A stretch of 64,000 nucleotides of DNA from Sulfolobales archaeon HS-7 (lineage in GTDB: Archaea; Thermoproteota; Thermoprotei_A; Sulfolobales; Sulfolobaceae), in assembly GCA_019704295.1 (NCBI GenBank), contig AP024596.1, positions 1,760,001 to 1,824,000 of the forward strand, read 5' to 3'. How positions within the stretch are numbered: the first letter of the stretch is position 1; each line of letters starts with the position of its first letter. The notes below the pieces were generated by a model. The model searched no databases and was not told the DNA's origin. It worked only from the letters and a program-made list of their open reading frames with translations. Positions 20,452 to 32,287 of the stretch are shown here, piece by piece. Made by a program: the position numbers and the translations under genes.

Positions 20452-21421
20452 AGTGGATGCGATAGAAACCAAAGACCTTGTAAAGAAATACGGGGAATTC
20501 ATAGCTCTTAATTCGATAAGCTTTAATGTGAAGCAAGGAGAAAGATTCGGTCTTTTAGGTCCTAATGGCGCAGGTAAAACTACAACCATAAAAATACTTA
20601 CCGGTCTCGTACCCCCAACATCAGGTACAGCCATAGTTGCAGGTTATGACGTAGTTAAGGAAACGAAAAAGGTTAAGGAGAGGATCGGTTGGGTGGCCTC
20701 AGAAGTTATTCTGGACGACGATCTTAACGCCTGGGAAAACTTAGAAATTCAGGCTAAGTTACAGGGTGTAAGCGATTGGGAAAAGAGAGCGAAGGACCTG
20801 CTCGATTACTTCGGATTATCCCAGTTCATTAAGAGGCAAGTCGGGAAATATTCGACAGGAATGAGGAAGAAATTAGAGATTGCGTCAGCACTTCTCAATT
20901 CTCCAGAGATTATATTTATGGATGAACCTACAATAGGGCTCGACGTAAATACTAGAAGTCTACTCTGGAATACGATAAGGGGAGTCAACAAGGAATTCGG
21001 AGTATCAGTACTGCTTACAACCCATTATATGGAAGAAGCCGATAGCTTATGTGACAGGATAGCCATAATTAACCAAGGGAAGATTGCGGCTATAGGTACT
21101 CCTGACGAATTAAAGTCGAAAGTCGGTGGAGAAATAGTCGAAATAGAGGTTACAAATCCCATTGATACAGGCGGAATAAGAAGTATGGAAAACGTCATCG
21201 ACGTATCTCAGAATCAAAACATAGTAAGAATTAAGGCTAAGAAGGTGGAGAGGTTGCTCGCCGAACTTCCTAGAGTTATTGACTTTAATAACGTAAAGTC
21301 TTTAAGAGTAGAGAAGCCTTCCCTTGACACTGTATTCCTAGAATTAACAGGAAGGAAAATCCAAGAGGAAGAAACTGATTTCAGGAAGTTCTACATGACA
21401 ATAAGGAGGGCGAGGCAATAA
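20444..21421 (+). CDS. DrrA-like ABC-2 exporter ATP-binding protein
   Basis: GPNGAGKTT, YSTGM signature variant, DEPT, TTHYMEEAD. Confidence 0.93.
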   Translation: MSEVDAIETKDLVKKYGEFIALNSISFNVKQGERFGLLGPNGAGKTTTIKILTGLVPPTSGTAIVAGYDVVKETKKVKERIGWVASEVILDDDLNAWENLEIQAKLQGVSDWEKRAKDLLDYFGLSQFIKRQVGKYSTGMRKKLEIASALLNSPEIIFMDEPTIGLDVNTRSLLWNTIRGVNKEFGVSVLLTTHYMEEADSLCDRIAIINQGKIAAIGTPDELKSKVGGEIVEIEVTNPIDTGGIRSMENVIDVSQNQNIVRIKAKKVERLLAELPRVIDFNNVKSLRVEKPSLDTVFLELTGRKIQEEETDFRKFYMTIRRARQ

Positions 21422-22188
21422 TGTTTAGGGAAATATACGTCCTTTATAAAAGGGAAGTAAAGAAAACCGTAAGGAACCCCGCAGTTATAACGATTATGAT
21501 AATACAGCCGTTAATGTGGATAGCCTTTTTCGGGAGTAGTTTTGCCAATACACCCCATGAGTTTCTGCAGACGTTCTTCCATACCTCGAATTACATAGCT
21601 TTCCTTCTCCCAGGAGAACTGGCTACTTCCATGTTATTTATAGGACTGTTTAGTTCAATGAGCATGATAAACGACAAGAGATTCGGCTACCTTAAGAAAC
21701 TCATGGTAACAAAGGCTGACAAGAGTGCTATATTCTTTGGGAAAGTGTTCGGAGCTACAACCAGAGGTGTAATTCAGATTCCCGTAATGATACTAGCGGC
21801 AATGGCTTTTGGTGTTACAATACCAGGAAACGTTATTGGTATAGTGGAGTGGATAATAGGTCTCCTTCTACTCGGAGTGGGCTTTTCCGCCCTATACCTG
21901 ATAGTAACTATGAATTCCAGGGATTGGCAAACTCCGAACGTTATAGCGAATTTCATTAACTTACCTCTCATGTTTTCCAGTACGGCGTTATTTCCAAGTA
22001 GCTTCTTTCCGGTATGGATGAGAGATATTGCAGAGGTAAATCCGATAAGTTTCGCAGCAGATTTGGGCAGGGCGATAACTGTATACGGCGATCCTGATCC
22101 CATATACCTAGCATATCTAGCAATATTCGCCTTTGTCATGGTCACAATAGGAGTTGTAATAGCAAAGACACGTCTATCACCTGAGTAA
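21421..22188 (+). CDS. ABC-2 exporter permease (DrrB-like)
   Basis: About six TM segments, LLPG, NPIS motif; follows the ATPase. Confidence 0.9.
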   Translation: MFREIYVLYKREVKKTVRNPAVITIMIIQPLMWIAFFGSSFANTPHEFLQTFFHTSNYIAFLLPGELATSMLFIGLFSSMSMINDKRFGYLKKLMVTKADKSAIFFGKVFGATTRGVIQIPVMILAAMAFGVTIPGNVIGIVEWIIGLLLLGVGFSALYLIVTMNSRDWQTPNVIANFINLPLMFSSTALFPSSFFPVWMRDIAEVNPISFAADLGRAITVYGDPDPIYLAYLAIFAFVMVTIGVVIAKTRLSPE

Positions 22189-22400
22189 GGAATAAAAACT
22201 TTCCTTGCATCGACTAGCAGTTTTAAGAATAACCTTACTAAGTGTGGAAGATCTTCAACGACTCTACGTAAAAAGTATAGTGACAGTAAAGAATTCCAGA
22301 AAGAGCTGAGAATCAGAATTTTAGCCTTTTTCCCTAAATCTTTCCATCCTATGCAAAGGGTCAGAAAGAGTTTTTATCCTCTTAATTAAACACAATCTGG

Positions 22401-22475
<75 letters not shown>

Positions 22476-22722
22476 TTTTTGTAGTACTAGAATTTCCACC
22501 ATCCTATATCTAAGGGGGTAATGGCCTGTAGTATCGAAGACAGAAAGCTGATCAAGGTTACATGTCCTAATTCCTTGGGAAAGACCTAGCTCTTACAGTA
22601 GAGGTCCGACAATTGTCCATTCCTTTGTTATTATACTTCTTTACACTCTAACGGCAACGACAAAAATTCTCCCAGTAATAATCATTACTTGAACAAAGTT
22701 TATACTTGCGAGACAAATAAAG

Positions 22723-24135
22723 GCGAACTCAACCCTTCTCGGCAAAAAGGGGTCTCCTGCTTTACAGCTGCACCTTACCAGTGGTAGGGGCGGAGCTCCA
22801 CAGACAGTAGGGTCGCACGGACCTGTTCAAGATGTTTAGGGAAGTAATGTAATCTCGATCATTTACCCACTCGCATCGAGGACAGAGGAACACCCGGTCA
22901 AGGAGGGTTAGGTCTTCACTCGCGTAATCGCACATAGGGCAGGTCCTAGACGTGTATGCGAAATCCACGAGAAGGATCGTCTAACCGTGGTTCTCTAACA
23001 GGGACTTCACGACGGACTTTAGCTCGTTGAAGACGACGTCATAGAGCCTCATTTTTCGGAAGCACTTGCCCACGAGCTTCTTTACCTGTATGTCCTCCAT
23101 GACGAGAACGTCGTAGTTCTCAGCGAAGTACTTACCTAACGTCATGGAGAGGCGCTATATGCTTTGCTTGTAATACAGTTAATGGAACAGTAAGTCCAGG
23201 ACGCTGCCTACATTAACATCATAGTGAATCCTCATCCCTAGTGCTACGTATTTCCCCATCGAAGGTCTCTCTTAGGTTCCTTAAGGTGCTCGTATGCCTT
23301 GGACAACTTGACCTTTGCTTTAAACCAGTTCTTGGAGACGAAAACCTTCTTTGAAAGCTCTCCGTGTAGGTGTTGTACCTTCCATAAGCCTCTCTCTCGC
23401 AAGGCTTCGCGTTGGGGGAAATACTCCCCGTCTGACGTCATGATGAGGTTCTTGATTTCCAGGTCCAGTATCGTGACCTTATTAACTTTAGGTAGCTTTG
23501 GGGGACTCGTAACCCCTCGACCACGGAGGAGACGTAGACCGTACCTGAGAACGTCAACTTCACGACAACTCGCTTAACCTTGTTCAGGAGGAAGTCCATG
23601 TGTGTGAGAACCTTGAAGACACCCAAGTGAGAAAGCCTTAACTTCATCGACTTCTTGGGGTAACCCTCGCCTTCCTTCTCTTCTTCCGCGTTGTCTTTAC
23701 GCTTAGCACTTTCCGACCGCCCTTGGGTAGACCAGGGAGAAACATCTGTGCTTCTCCTTGGGGAGACGCACTAATCCGTCAAGGACCTTTTCCTAGCCTA
23801 ATGGAAGCGGTCCGCAATGTTCTGAGCCACCCGAGAGTATAGTTGTTGATACTCTCCGTCATGCTTGCTAAGATCCAGGCGAGTTGCCTCAACTCGGTTT
23901 GGGTCAGACCTTTTCCATCCCTTAAATAGAAATAGGAACCCGCCCAACGCAGAGTGTCGTACAACTCACACCCCAACTTTAATCGGGCCTTTAACGCCCT
24001 AAATATTTGTCAATTAGCGTAGGTTCTAAACTTAGATCCTACGTCGGGCATTAGGGGAGTTCGGAATCACACCCATTAGGCTTATACAGAAGGGGCTATC
24101 CACCCTCACGGGTCTTTCGCCCCCTTGAACCCCCC
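22723..24135 (-). mobile_element. IS200/IS605 family tnpB-only element (IS1341/ISC1316-like), decayed
   Basis: Left end GGGGCGAAAGACCCGTGAGGGTGGATAGCCCC; right end GCAGGAGACCCC...GAGTTCGC; no tnpA. Confidence 0.85.
22762..24051 (-). pseudogene. tnpB: tnpB pseudogene (stops, frameshifts, internal insert)
   Basis: Fragments [51 protein letters not shown]...FLCPRC...DRD. Confidence 0.9.
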
Positions 24136-24722
24136 ATATCGATAAAATTATCCCTTACAGTTATTATTTTCCCTTCTCTCATTACAACGTAACCGGTGTC
24201 GTTGTACAAGTTTCTGGTGTATGTAAGACATCCCGCGTTAATACAACGAATAGAACGGAATTCCATGAGTGCGTGGGAATGTCCTAAGATAATTTCATCG
24301 GCTCTCGGGAACAAAACTCTGAAGTATAGGCAAAATAGGAATGGAGGGAGTCTACTATTGAGTTTCTTAAAGAACCTTGCGAGACTGTATTCTGCACTCT
24401 CCTTAAAGTATTGATGCCCGTGAAGGAAGACTACTTCATAACCCTTCCGTAAGATCTTTAAAACGTCAACGTCGCCATCTACACAGTCCTCATCTCCCTT
24501 AACGTACACAATTTTAGTCCTATCTCCATCTACTTGTAAAACCGATTTAAATGAGTCAAAATTGCAATCTCCCCCAACAATTATATCTCCCAATAATATT
24601 AGAATATCAGGACGCTCATCTCTGACAATTTCCCTCAATATTTCCACGTTAGTATTCGGATAGTGGATATCTGAAAGGATCAGTATTTTCTCATTGATAA
24701 TGTCTAATCTAAGTTCTCGCAA
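24096..24722 (-). CDS. metallophosphoesterase
   Basis: SDIH, LGDI, KGDED, LHGH, LGHSH. Confidence 0.8.
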   Translation of the reverse strand: MRELRLDIINEKILILSDIHYPNTNVEILREIVRDERPDILILLGDIIVGGDCNFDSFKSVLQVDGDRTKIVYVKGDEDCVDGDVDVLKILRKGYEVVFLHGHQYFKESAEYSLARFFKKLNSRLPPFLFCLYFRVLFPRADEIILGHSHALMEFRSIRCINAGCLTYTRNLYNDTGYVVMREGKIITVRDNFIDMGGSRGRKTREGG

Positions 24723-24841
24723 TCCTTGTTACAAACTTCTTAATGGAACTAAAGTTTTTCCTTAAACGGTGGAGTAAAGTATGAAATTTTGTCTAGAAAT
24801 TCATGGATGAATTTTATTTTCTGATAAGGTAAGAGAAGTAT

Positions 24842-25489
24842 ATGACCTATGTTCCCCTCTTTGTAAATGCAGATAGCTTAGACGTCTTAATAGTTGGCGG
24901 CGGAAAAGTTGCTACCAAGAGGACTCTAGAATACCTAAAGATGGGCGCTAGAGTAACAGTCTTAACCCTTGAAGCCTCAAACGACATAAGACGTTCAGCC
25001 GCCAGAGTTATAGAGGGGAATGGGTACGATTTAACAGAGAACGGATTAAAGAACTTTAACTTAGTTATTACCGCTACAAACGATAAAAAATTAAACGAAC
25101 GGATATGTGATATGGCCAAGAAAATGAAAGTAATATGTAATAACCCTACCTCCCCTGAACACTCGAATTGCATCTTCCCAATACATTATTACGATAAGAA
25201 CTTTTCAATTGCAATAACGACATATGGTAAATCCTCCTTAGTGGCGAAACTTCTCTTAGATAAGATTAAGACCGAGCTATACGCGAACGAGTATATAGTC
25301 AATTTACTTGATACGATGTATAACGTCAAGTTAACCCTCAAAGAGAAGGAGGAGGATCCCTCGACCAGATACCGACTTTATCACGTAATATTTGAAGATC
25401 AAGAGTTTCAATCGAGTGTTAAAAAAGGGGATAAGGATTCGGCAATGAAGAGGGCTGAGGAGATAATAAATGGCACAATTGGTCAATAA
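24842..25489 (+). CDS. sirC: precorrin-2 dehydrogenase/ferrochelatase (SirC/CysG N-terminal type)
   Basis: P.F...VLIVGGGKVA, AT.D..LN, IAITT.GKS. Confidence 0.88.
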   Translation: MTYVPLFVNADSLDVLIVGGGKVATKRTLEYLKMGARVTVLTLEASNDIRRSAARVIEGNGYDLTENGLKNFNLVITATNDKKLNERICDMAKKMKVICNNPTSPEHSNCIFPIHYYDKNFSIAITTYGKSSLVAKLLLDKIKTELYANEYIVNLLDTMYNVKLTLKEKEEDPSTRYRLYHVIFEDQEFQSSVKKGDKDSAMKRAEEIINGTIGQ

Positions 25490-26720
25490 CATAATAGGAA
25501 ATTACGGCTTGATCTCAGTTACATATAGACAGGTACCCATAACTAAACTTGGGGAACATTACATTAAGGAGAACGAAGTAAAGTATCTCAGAAATATCAC
25601 CCAAGGAGAGTTCTTTTTATTACAGACATGTAATAGGATTGAAATATATGTTTTTTCAACTTCAGTTAACGACGAGATAGAGAAGCTCATAACCACTATT
25701 AATGAGTTTCATGGAGAGGATATCGGAAAATATGCGATAATTAGTTACGGAAAGGATGTAGTAGATCATGCCTTTAAGGTAGCTGCAGGCTTGGATTCCT
25801 TATCATTAGGTGAGTACGAGATTTTGGGTCAGATATCTCAATCCTTAAAATATATGGAGGAGAGGGGGATGTCAGGAAAATACATTTCATTGCTTTTTGA
25901 GAGGGCTATAAAGGCAGGTAGAAGAATCAGGATAGAAACCGAACTCTCTCGTGGTAAGGTTGGTGTATACTCTTTGGCCTTTGAACTAGTTAAAGAGAAA
26001 ATCGATCTCAGAAGAGCAAAAGTACTTGTTATTGGAGCAGGCAACTTCGCTGAAAAAATTTTGTCCTTTTTGAAGGAGTTAGAAGCAAAGGATACTACTA
26101 TTATGAATAGAACGGTGGAGAGAGGAGTAGATCTCGCTCGACGTTATAACGTAAAGTTCCTCCCGTTAAATTTGAACTCGTTAGGAAATTATGACGTAAT
26201 ATTCTCTGCAGCTCCTGTGGGAAGGGACATAAAGCTCGATTCCAGAACACTCACGATCGACTTCTCCGTTCCCCCCTCCTTCGTTGGCGATAACGTAATA
26301 ACACTTGATGAACTTAGAGATATATCCGAGAGGAATTACTCGTTACGGAAAACCGTATTAGGAGAGGCAGAACGAATATTGATAGAGGAAGAGGAGAATT
26401 TCACTAAAGAGATATTGGATGAAATTTACGACTCTTACATTTCAACAATGATGCAGAGAATCGAGCGAATAAGACGTTCACAAGTGGATAGAGCTAAATC
26501 AGAACTGATGAAAAAAGGGGTTTCCTCCCCTTACGTATTTGAGATTATTGATGTAATGACTAGGTCTATAACGCAGAAGGCGATGGATCCAGTATTTCAG
26601 AAGTTGAAAGGGATGATCATGGAAGGTAATTTAACCATGGCCGAGGAAATCACTAAAATATTTGGTGAGGTAAATGGTGGAATATCCGACTCTAAGACCG
26701 AGAAGACTGAGAAAAAATGA
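25470..26720 (+). CDS. hemA: glutamyl-tRNA reductase
   Basis: LQTCNRIEIY, GLDS..LGEYEILGQ, IGAG. Confidence 0.95.
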   Translation: MAQLVNNIIGNYGLISVTYRQVPITKLGEHYIKENEVKYLRNITQGEFFLLQTCNRIEIYVFSTSVNDEIEKLITTINEFHGEDIGKYAIISYGKDVVDHAFKVAAGLDSLSLGEYEILGQISQSLKYMEERGMSGKYISLLFERAIKAGRRIRIETELSRGKVGVYSLAFELVKEKIDLRRAKVLVIGAGNFAEKILSFLKELEAKDTTIMNRTVERGVDLARRYNVKFLPLNLNSLGNYDVIFSAAPVGRDIKLDSRTLTIDFSVPPSFVGDNVITLDELRDISERNYSLRKTVLGEAERILIEEEENFTKEILDEIYDSYISTMMQRIERIRRSQVDRAKSELMKKGVSSPYVFEIIDVMTRSITQKAMDPVFQKLKGMIMEGNLTMAEEITKIFGEVNGGISDSKTEKTEKK

Positions 26721-27684
26721 ACATGTAAGAAAATTGGTTGCGGAAACCACCCTATCGCCTAATCATCTGGTTCTTCCGATATTCGTAAAGGAAATTGGTA
26801 ACAGTAAGGAAGAGATCGAGAGTATGCCCGGAGTCTATAGGTATCCAGTAAATGAAGAACTAATAAAGTACATTGAAGAGGTAAAGGAGAATGGCGTAAA
26901 TTCGATTATCCTATTTGGAATTCCATCCTATAAAGACGAAATAGGCACTTCAGCAATTAAAAGGGACGGCGTAGTACAAAGTGCGTTAAAAATGATCTCA
27001 GAGACATTTGGTGAATCAATTATAAAGATAGCTGACGAGTGTATGGATGAATATACGACACATGGTCACTGCGGTTTAGTTATAGGAAATCAGAACGGTT
27101 ATAGAATAGATAATGACGAGAGCTTAAAAGTGCACGCAGATATAGCTCTATCATTAGCGGAGAGTGGAGCTGATATAGTAGCACCATCAAGTATGATGGA
27201 TGGAGTAGTCGGGAAGATCAGGGAAAAGTTGGATGCAGCAGGGTTTAATGATACTCTAATCATGGCATATTCTGCTAAATACGCTTCAGTATTTTACGGT
27301 CCTTTCAGGGAGGCTGCTACTTCGAAACCTGCTTTCGGGGATAGAAGAACCTATCAGATGGATCCGAGGAATGCAAAGGAATCGCTCAAGGAAATAGCAC
27401 TTGATGTGGAGGAGGGGGCGGATATAATCATGGTGAAGCCAGCTCATACTTATTTAGATGTAATACGACTCGTTAAGGAGAATTTTCCCCACTATCCACT
27501 AGCTGCATACCACGTTAGCGGAGAGTACTCAATGATCAGAGCTGCGGGACAAAAAGGCTGGATAGATGAAAAAGTAGCTATGATGGAAGTGACATATGCG
27601 ATAGCAAGGGCTGGAGCGGATATAATAATAACATATTTTGCTCAAGAAATAGCTAAAAGTCTTAGAGAGGGCTTTACGTTTTGA
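26674..27684 (+). CDS. hemB: porphobilinogen synthase
   Basis: [34 protein letters not shown]. Confidence 0.97.
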   Translation: MVEYPTLRPRRLRKNEHVRKLVAETTLSPNHLVLPIFVKEIGNSKEEIESMPGVYRYPVNEELIKYIEEVKENGVNSIILFGIPSYKDEIGTSAIKRDGVVQSALKMISETFGESIIKIADECMDEYTTHGHCGLVIGNQNGYRIDNDESLKVHADIALSLAESGADIVAPSSMMDGVVGKIREKLDAAGFNDTLIMAYSAKYASVFYGPFREAATSKPAFGDRRTYQMDPRNAKESLKEIALDVEEGADIIMVKPAHTYLDVIRLVKENFPHYPLAAYHVSGEYSMIRAAGQKGWIDEKVAMMEVTYAIARAGADIIITYFAQEIAKSLREGFTF

Positions 27685-28922
27685 GCGAAATATTATGGAA
27701 TGAGGCGCTAAGAGTTTTCCCAGGAGGAGTAAATAGTCCTGTAAGGGCTTCAGTAAAACCTTATCCGTTCTATGTTTCTCGTGCTGAAGGCGCTTATCTG
27801 TATACCGAAGAAGGACGAAGACTCATAGATTACGTCTTAGGATACGGTCCCTTGTTTTTAGGTCACGCAAATAGTTTTGTTAAAGAAAGAGTAATTCAGC
27901 AACTCGAAAAGGGATGGCTTTACGGCACACCGTCTCGAGCAGAACTCGAGCTTGCAAATCACATAATCCGTAGTATTACCTCAATTGAAATGATAAGGTT
28001 CGTTAATAGCGGAACGGAGGCCACTATGACAGCCATAAGACTAGCGAGAGGCTTTACGAAGAGAGAAAAAATTCTTAAATTTATTGGATGCTACCATGGT
28101 GCACACGATTACGCATTAATCTCTCCAGGAAGTGCAGCAGTTGACGTAAAAACATCAGGAATACCTTCATCAGTCATAGATACTGTGGCGTTATGTCACT
28201 TTAACGATATTGAGTGCGTCGAGAGGACGTTAAAGAAGGAGGATATCGCTGGAGTAATTGTGGAACCAGTTATGGGGAACATGGGAGTTATATTGCCGGA
28301 TCCCGAATTTCTTAAATCTCTTAGAGAGTTCACTTTAACTTACAACTCAGTCTTGATTTTTGACGAAGTAATTACTGGTTTTCGTCTGGGCTTAGGAGGC
28401 GCTCAGGATGTATATAAGTTAAGGGCAGATCTAACTACTCTAGGGAAGATAATTGGCGGGGGTTTGCCTATAGGTGCTGTGGGTGGTAAACGAGAAATCA
28501 TGGAAATGCTCTCACCAGCTGGAAACGTATTCAATGCTGGAACATTCAACGCTAATCCACTCTCTATGGTAGCTGGTTCAGCTTCTCTTGAGTTTTTAGA
28601 AAGGGAGAAGCCATATAGTATAGCCGATAAGGCGGCTAAAGAAGTATATGAGGAACTAGACCGAATTACGGTTAAACATGTTATAAATAGAATTAATAGT
28701 ATGATGCAGATATTTTTTGGTATAGATTCGGTTAGAAATGCTGACGATGCTAGGAAGGCTAATAAAGGCGTTTATATGAAGTTGCAGGTCGAACTGTTAA
28801 AACGCGGAATTTTCCTACCCCCAAGCCAGTTTGAGACAATATTCACTTCTGTAGCTCATGATGATACTGTAATTAATGAAAGTATCGATGTAATTAGGAT
28901 AGCTAAGAGGGAGCTCGAATGA
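27681..28922 (+). CDS. hemL: glutamate-1-semialdehyde 2,1-aminomutase
   Basis: [34 protein letters not shown]. Confidence 0.97.
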   Translation: MSEILWNEALRVFPGGVNSPVRASVKPYPFYVSRAEGAYLYTEEGRRLIDYVLGYGPLFLGHANSFVKERVIQQLEKGWLYGTPSRAELELANHIIRSITSIEMIRFVNSGTEATMTAIRLARGFTKREKILKFIGCYHGAHDYALISPGSAAVDVKTSGIPSSVIDTVALCHFNDIECVERTLKKEDIAGVIVEPVMGNMGVILPDPEFLKSLREFTLTYNSVLIFDEVITGFRLGLGGAQDVYKLRADLTTLGKIIGGGLPIGAVGGKREIMEMLSPAGNVFNAGTFNANPLSMVAGSASLEFLEREKPYSIADKAAKEVYEELDRITVKHVINRINSMMQIFFGIDSVRNADDARKANKGVYMKLQVELLKRGIFLPPSQFETIFTSVAHDDTVINESIDVIRIAKRELE

Positions 28923-29800
28923 AAATAAGGGTAGCTGCGAGAGGAAGCCTCCTAAGCAGAATACAAGCGGAAAAAGTCATTCACAAACTCAACGAATACG
29001 GTCTCCAAACAGAACTAATTGAAGTACGGACTAGAGGTGATAGAAACCAGGATGCTCCCCTCTACACTTTAGGAAAAGGGGTGTTTGAGAAAGAGGTAAA
29101 CCTAGCTGTATTACAGGGAATCGCCGATATCGCTGTTCATAGTATGAAGGACCTCCCCACAGATCTTGTGGACGGACTCTCTATTGCAGCCGTATTGGAC
29201 AGAGATCCACCATTTGACGCAATTGTTGGCAAATCTTTGTTGTCTTTAGATCAAGGTGACGTGGTAGGCACCAGCAGTATAAGAAGGAAAAATATGATAT
29301 TGGCATATAATAATCAATTACAAATTAAGGAGATAAGGGGAAACGTAGACACGCGAATTAGGAAGTTGAAAGAGGGAGATTACGACGCCTTAATTTTAGC
29401 CGAAGCTGGGTTGAGACGGATAGGGGAAAATGGATTTGAGAGAATTGATCCCAAAATCGTAACGCCTGAAGCTAATCAGGGGATAATAGCTATTATAACC
29501 ACTGAAAATTCCAAGGTAAGAGAGTACGTGAAGGAACTTAATAACGAGGATGTAATGATTGAGGCTATTGCAGAAAGAGCAGTAGTTAACAAGCTAAAAG
29601 GAGGATGTAATGTGCCGCTTGGCGTACTGTTTAAAAAGGAGGATGGTAAACTATTCGGAATTGCTGGTTATGCGTCCGATTTTAAGAAAGTTACAGTAGA
29701 CATTACGTGGAAATCTACAGAACCTGAAGAGGCCGGTTCAAGATTAGGAAAAATACTAGTTGAGGCAATGAAAAATGAAGGTATTGTTCTTAAGACCTGA
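28919..29800 (+). CDS. hemC: hydroxymethylbilane synthase
   Basis: RGS.L, AVHSMKD, GTSS.RR, RGNVDTR, GGC. Confidence 0.97.
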   Translation: MKIRVAARGSLLSRIQAEKVIHKLNEYGLQTELIEVRTRGDRNQDAPLYTLGKGVFEKEVNLAVLQGIADIAVHSMKDLPTDLVDGLSIAAVLDRDPPFDAIVGKSLLSLDQGDVVGTSSIRRKNMILAYNNQLQIKEIRGNVDTRIRKLKEGDYDALILAEAGLRRIGENGFERIDPKIVTPEANQGIIAIITTENSKVREYVKELNNEDVMIEAIAERAVVNKLKGGCNVPLGVLFKKEDGKLFGIAGYASDFKKVTVDITWKSTEPEEAGSRLGKILVEAMKNEGIVLKT

Positions 29801-30437
29801 TCCCTCTTTCAGTTATCAGGGATATAACGATATAACCAGTGTAAACCTCAGTATTATTACACCATATTGTATTCCGCACGAGGAACCTATAGAAATGTTT
29901 GATGGAGTTGTTTTCTTCAGTATTAACGCGGTTAAGTGTTTCAAAGGCTTAGAAAAAATTGTCTCAAAAAAGGTATTCGCAATAGGAGAAACGACGGCAA
30001 CCGCATTAAAGTCCAATAGGATAAAGGCTGAATATCCAGAGGATTTCACAAGTTCCAGTCTTGCTAGACTTTTACTCTTAAGCGATGTAAAAAGCGTTAT
30101 TGCATTCAGAAGCATGAAGGCTAATGACATTCTTAAGAAAGCGTTAACTGGTAAAATCCGTTATAGAGAGGAATACAACTATGACGTAAAACTCAATGAA
30201 GGTGAACTTGAAAAAGCGAGGAAGATCCTTAGAAACTGTGAGGTAGACGTTGTAGTACTAACAAGCGAAATGATAGCTAGTTTGGTAAAGGACTCATTAT
30301 CATCTTGTGTAAAAGTTGTTTCAATAGGTCCTGTAACCTCCAGGGCGTTGGGGGAACTAAGTTATATAGAAGCTAAACGACATGATATTACTGGTGTAGA
30401 TGAAGTATTAAAGGAGTTGAGCAGAAATGGACGTTAG
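29775..30437 (+). CDS. hemD: uroporphyrinogen-III synthase
   Basis: FLRP, FFSINAV, AIGETTA, SIGPVT; position in hem operon. Confidence 0.9.
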   Translation: MKVLFLRPDPSFSYQGYNDITSVNLSIITPYCIPHEEPIEMFDGVVFFSINAVKCFKGLEKIVSKKVFAIGETTATALKSNRIKAEYPEDFTSSSLARLLLLSDVKSVIAFRSMKANDILKKALTGKIRYREEYNYDVKLNEGELEKARKILRNCEVDVVVLTSEMIASLVKDSLSSCVKVVSIGPVTSRALGELSYIEAKRHDITGVDEVLKELSRNGR

Positions 30438-30696
30438 ACCGGAGGTCATCGAACTTCTCATAAAAGTGTTGAAAAAAGTGGATCCAACTTACATCAAGGA
30501 TACGTTGGAACTAGAGTTCCTTCAAGAAAGAGAGGATAAGTTTGATACTTTTGGTAGATTTAAAAGCTCTTCAGGATACTACGAGTTTGCTATAAGTTTT
30601 GATAAGAAAGGTAACATAAAGAGAAGTCACGTAAACTTAATTTCTCCCTACAAGATAAGGGATGAACTAGAAAAGAAAATGTATAAAAAAGAGTGA
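30427..30696 (+). CDS. hypothetical protein
   Basis: 89-aa ORF overlapping the hemD end. Confidence 0.7.
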   Translation: MDVRPEVIELLIKVLKKVDPTYIKDTLELEFLQEREDKFDTFGRFKSSSGYYEFAISFDKKGNIKRSHVNLISPYKIRDELEKKMYKKE

Positions 30697-30703
30697 TTAT
30701 TTT

Positions 30704-32284
30704 TTGGATAAGACTATACTACTGGTAATTGATGGCGCGTCATATGTTATACTAAAAGAGATAATAAATGAACTACCTAATATAAGGGATATTGCAAACA
30801 CTGGAATTTTCGGTGAGATGGAGAGCGTATATCCTGCGTTAACTCCAGTAGCCCTCGCTTCACTTTTTACAGGAGTTAACCCAGAGTCGCATGGCGTAAA
30901 CGGTAACAAGATATTCGTTAGAGGGAGGAGTATCTCTAAACCGATTTCGGCATTTTCGAGTTATTCCCTTCAAGTAGAGCCTATATGGTCTACATTGTCT
31001 AAACACGGTTACAAAGTTTTAGTTGGCTCTGCTCCACAGGCTTTACCTGATAGATGGAAGTTGGAATCCCTTCTCCTCTTTGATCCCTATAGGGCAAAGA
31101 TTAAAGGATGTTCGGAACCCCTATTACTAAGCGAAGGTGAACGTAAGTACCTCTCCTCCACGTTCATAGTAAAAAGAGCCGACAATGGGTTTATCGTTAG
31201 CCTAGATGGTAACGAGAACGTTGTTGACCAGAACTCGTGGGTAGGTCCAATTGAAGCAAACGTGGAGTGCAGGGAGGTAGACTTTACGGCGATATTCTGG
31301 TTGAAGGCGTTTAGTAGAGGGGTTTACGTTACTCCATTTGTCTATTTTCAATCGAACTGGTCTAATAGGGAGGAGAAGAAACTAGTTTGGGAAAACGTGT
31401 TCAAAAGAACTCCTCCAATTCTTGACGGGGACTATAGAAGTTTAGAGAGGGGACTAATCACGTTTGACGAATATTTACAGACATTAGAAGCATCAAGTAA
31501 ATTCTTTACCGTCTACAACACATATTTATTAGACGCTTTCCAATGGGATTTCGCAATAGTTTATACACCTATCATTGATAACATTCAGCATTTGCTCTAC
31601 GGGGTTGATGACCAGTTTAGACATATAAAACAGGCTTACGCGATGGTTGATAATTTTGTAGGGATAGTGAAAGACAGATGTGACAACTTATTTCTAGTTT
31701 CAGATCACGGTATAGCTAAAGTCAAGAAGAAAATACATCTAAATCTAATCCTAAGGGAGATGAATTTACTTCATATGGATGGGGATGGGATAGATGAAAA
31801 GAAGACTAAGGCTTACTACGGCGGTGGAGGCGCAATAAGAGTAAATTTACGCGGAAGGGAGAGGAATGGGGTAGTAAGTAGAAGAGAATTTCCTCGTCTA
31901 ATCAACTACATCGTATCGCAATTGGAGAGAGTTATTGAAGATAATGAATCCATTTTCCAAACAATAATAGCCAACGAAACTCCTGCCGGTGATAGGGAAG
32001 GAGATATAACTTTTACTATTAGGAAGGGGTATGCAGTTTCCAATACCTTATACGCAAGCGAAGCCATAGAGAACGTTAAGCCGTACGTAAGCGTTAGCGG
32101 TGACCATGGGTTCTTTAGAGATGAGGATTTTAGGGGAATCGTTATAGTGAAAATGAGGAACGTTAAGGCCCACAGAAACCTCAAAATAAAGATAATTGAT
32201 ATTGCACCAACTATTCTTAAACTTTATAACATCCAAAAAACTCTTGATGGAAAAGTTCTGGAAGAAATATTTAACGGTAAGTAG
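30704..32284 (+). CDS. alkaline phosphatase superfamily / nucleotide pyrophosphatase
   Basis: IDGA, PALTPVALASLFTG..P..HG, SDHG, GDHG, DIAPTIL. Confidence 0.88.
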   Translation: MDKTILLVIDGASYVILKEIINELPNIRDIANTGIFGEMESVYPALTPVALASLFTGVNPESHGVNGNKIFVRGRSISKPISAFSSYSLQVEPIWSTLSKHGYKVLVGSAPQALPDRWKLESLLLFDPYRAKIKGCSEPLLLSEGERKYLSSTFIVKRADNGFIVSLDGNENVVDQNSWVGPIEANVECREVDFTAIFWLKAFSRGVYVTPFVYFQSNWSNREEKKLVWENVFKRTPPILDGDYRSLERGLITFDEYLQTLEASSKFFTVYNTYLLDAFQWDFAIVYTPIIDNIQHLLYGVDDQFRHIKQAYAMVDNFVGIVKDRCDNLFLVSDHGIAKVKKKIHLNLILREMNLLHMDGDGIDEKKTKAYYGGGGAIRVNLRGRERNGVVSRREFPRLINYIVSQLERVIEDNESIFQTIIANETPAGDREGDITFTIRKGYAVSNTLYASEAIENVKPYVSVSGDHGFFRDEDFRGIVIVKMRNVKAHRNLKIKIIDIAPTILKLYNIQKTLDGKVLEEIFNGK

Positions 32285-32287
32285 GAA

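Noticed and set aside
22476-22722. Integrase or att remnant after tRNA-Val
   Set aside because: No integrase motif or partial tRNA duplication; the similar sequence at 63849 is a complete isoacceptor gene
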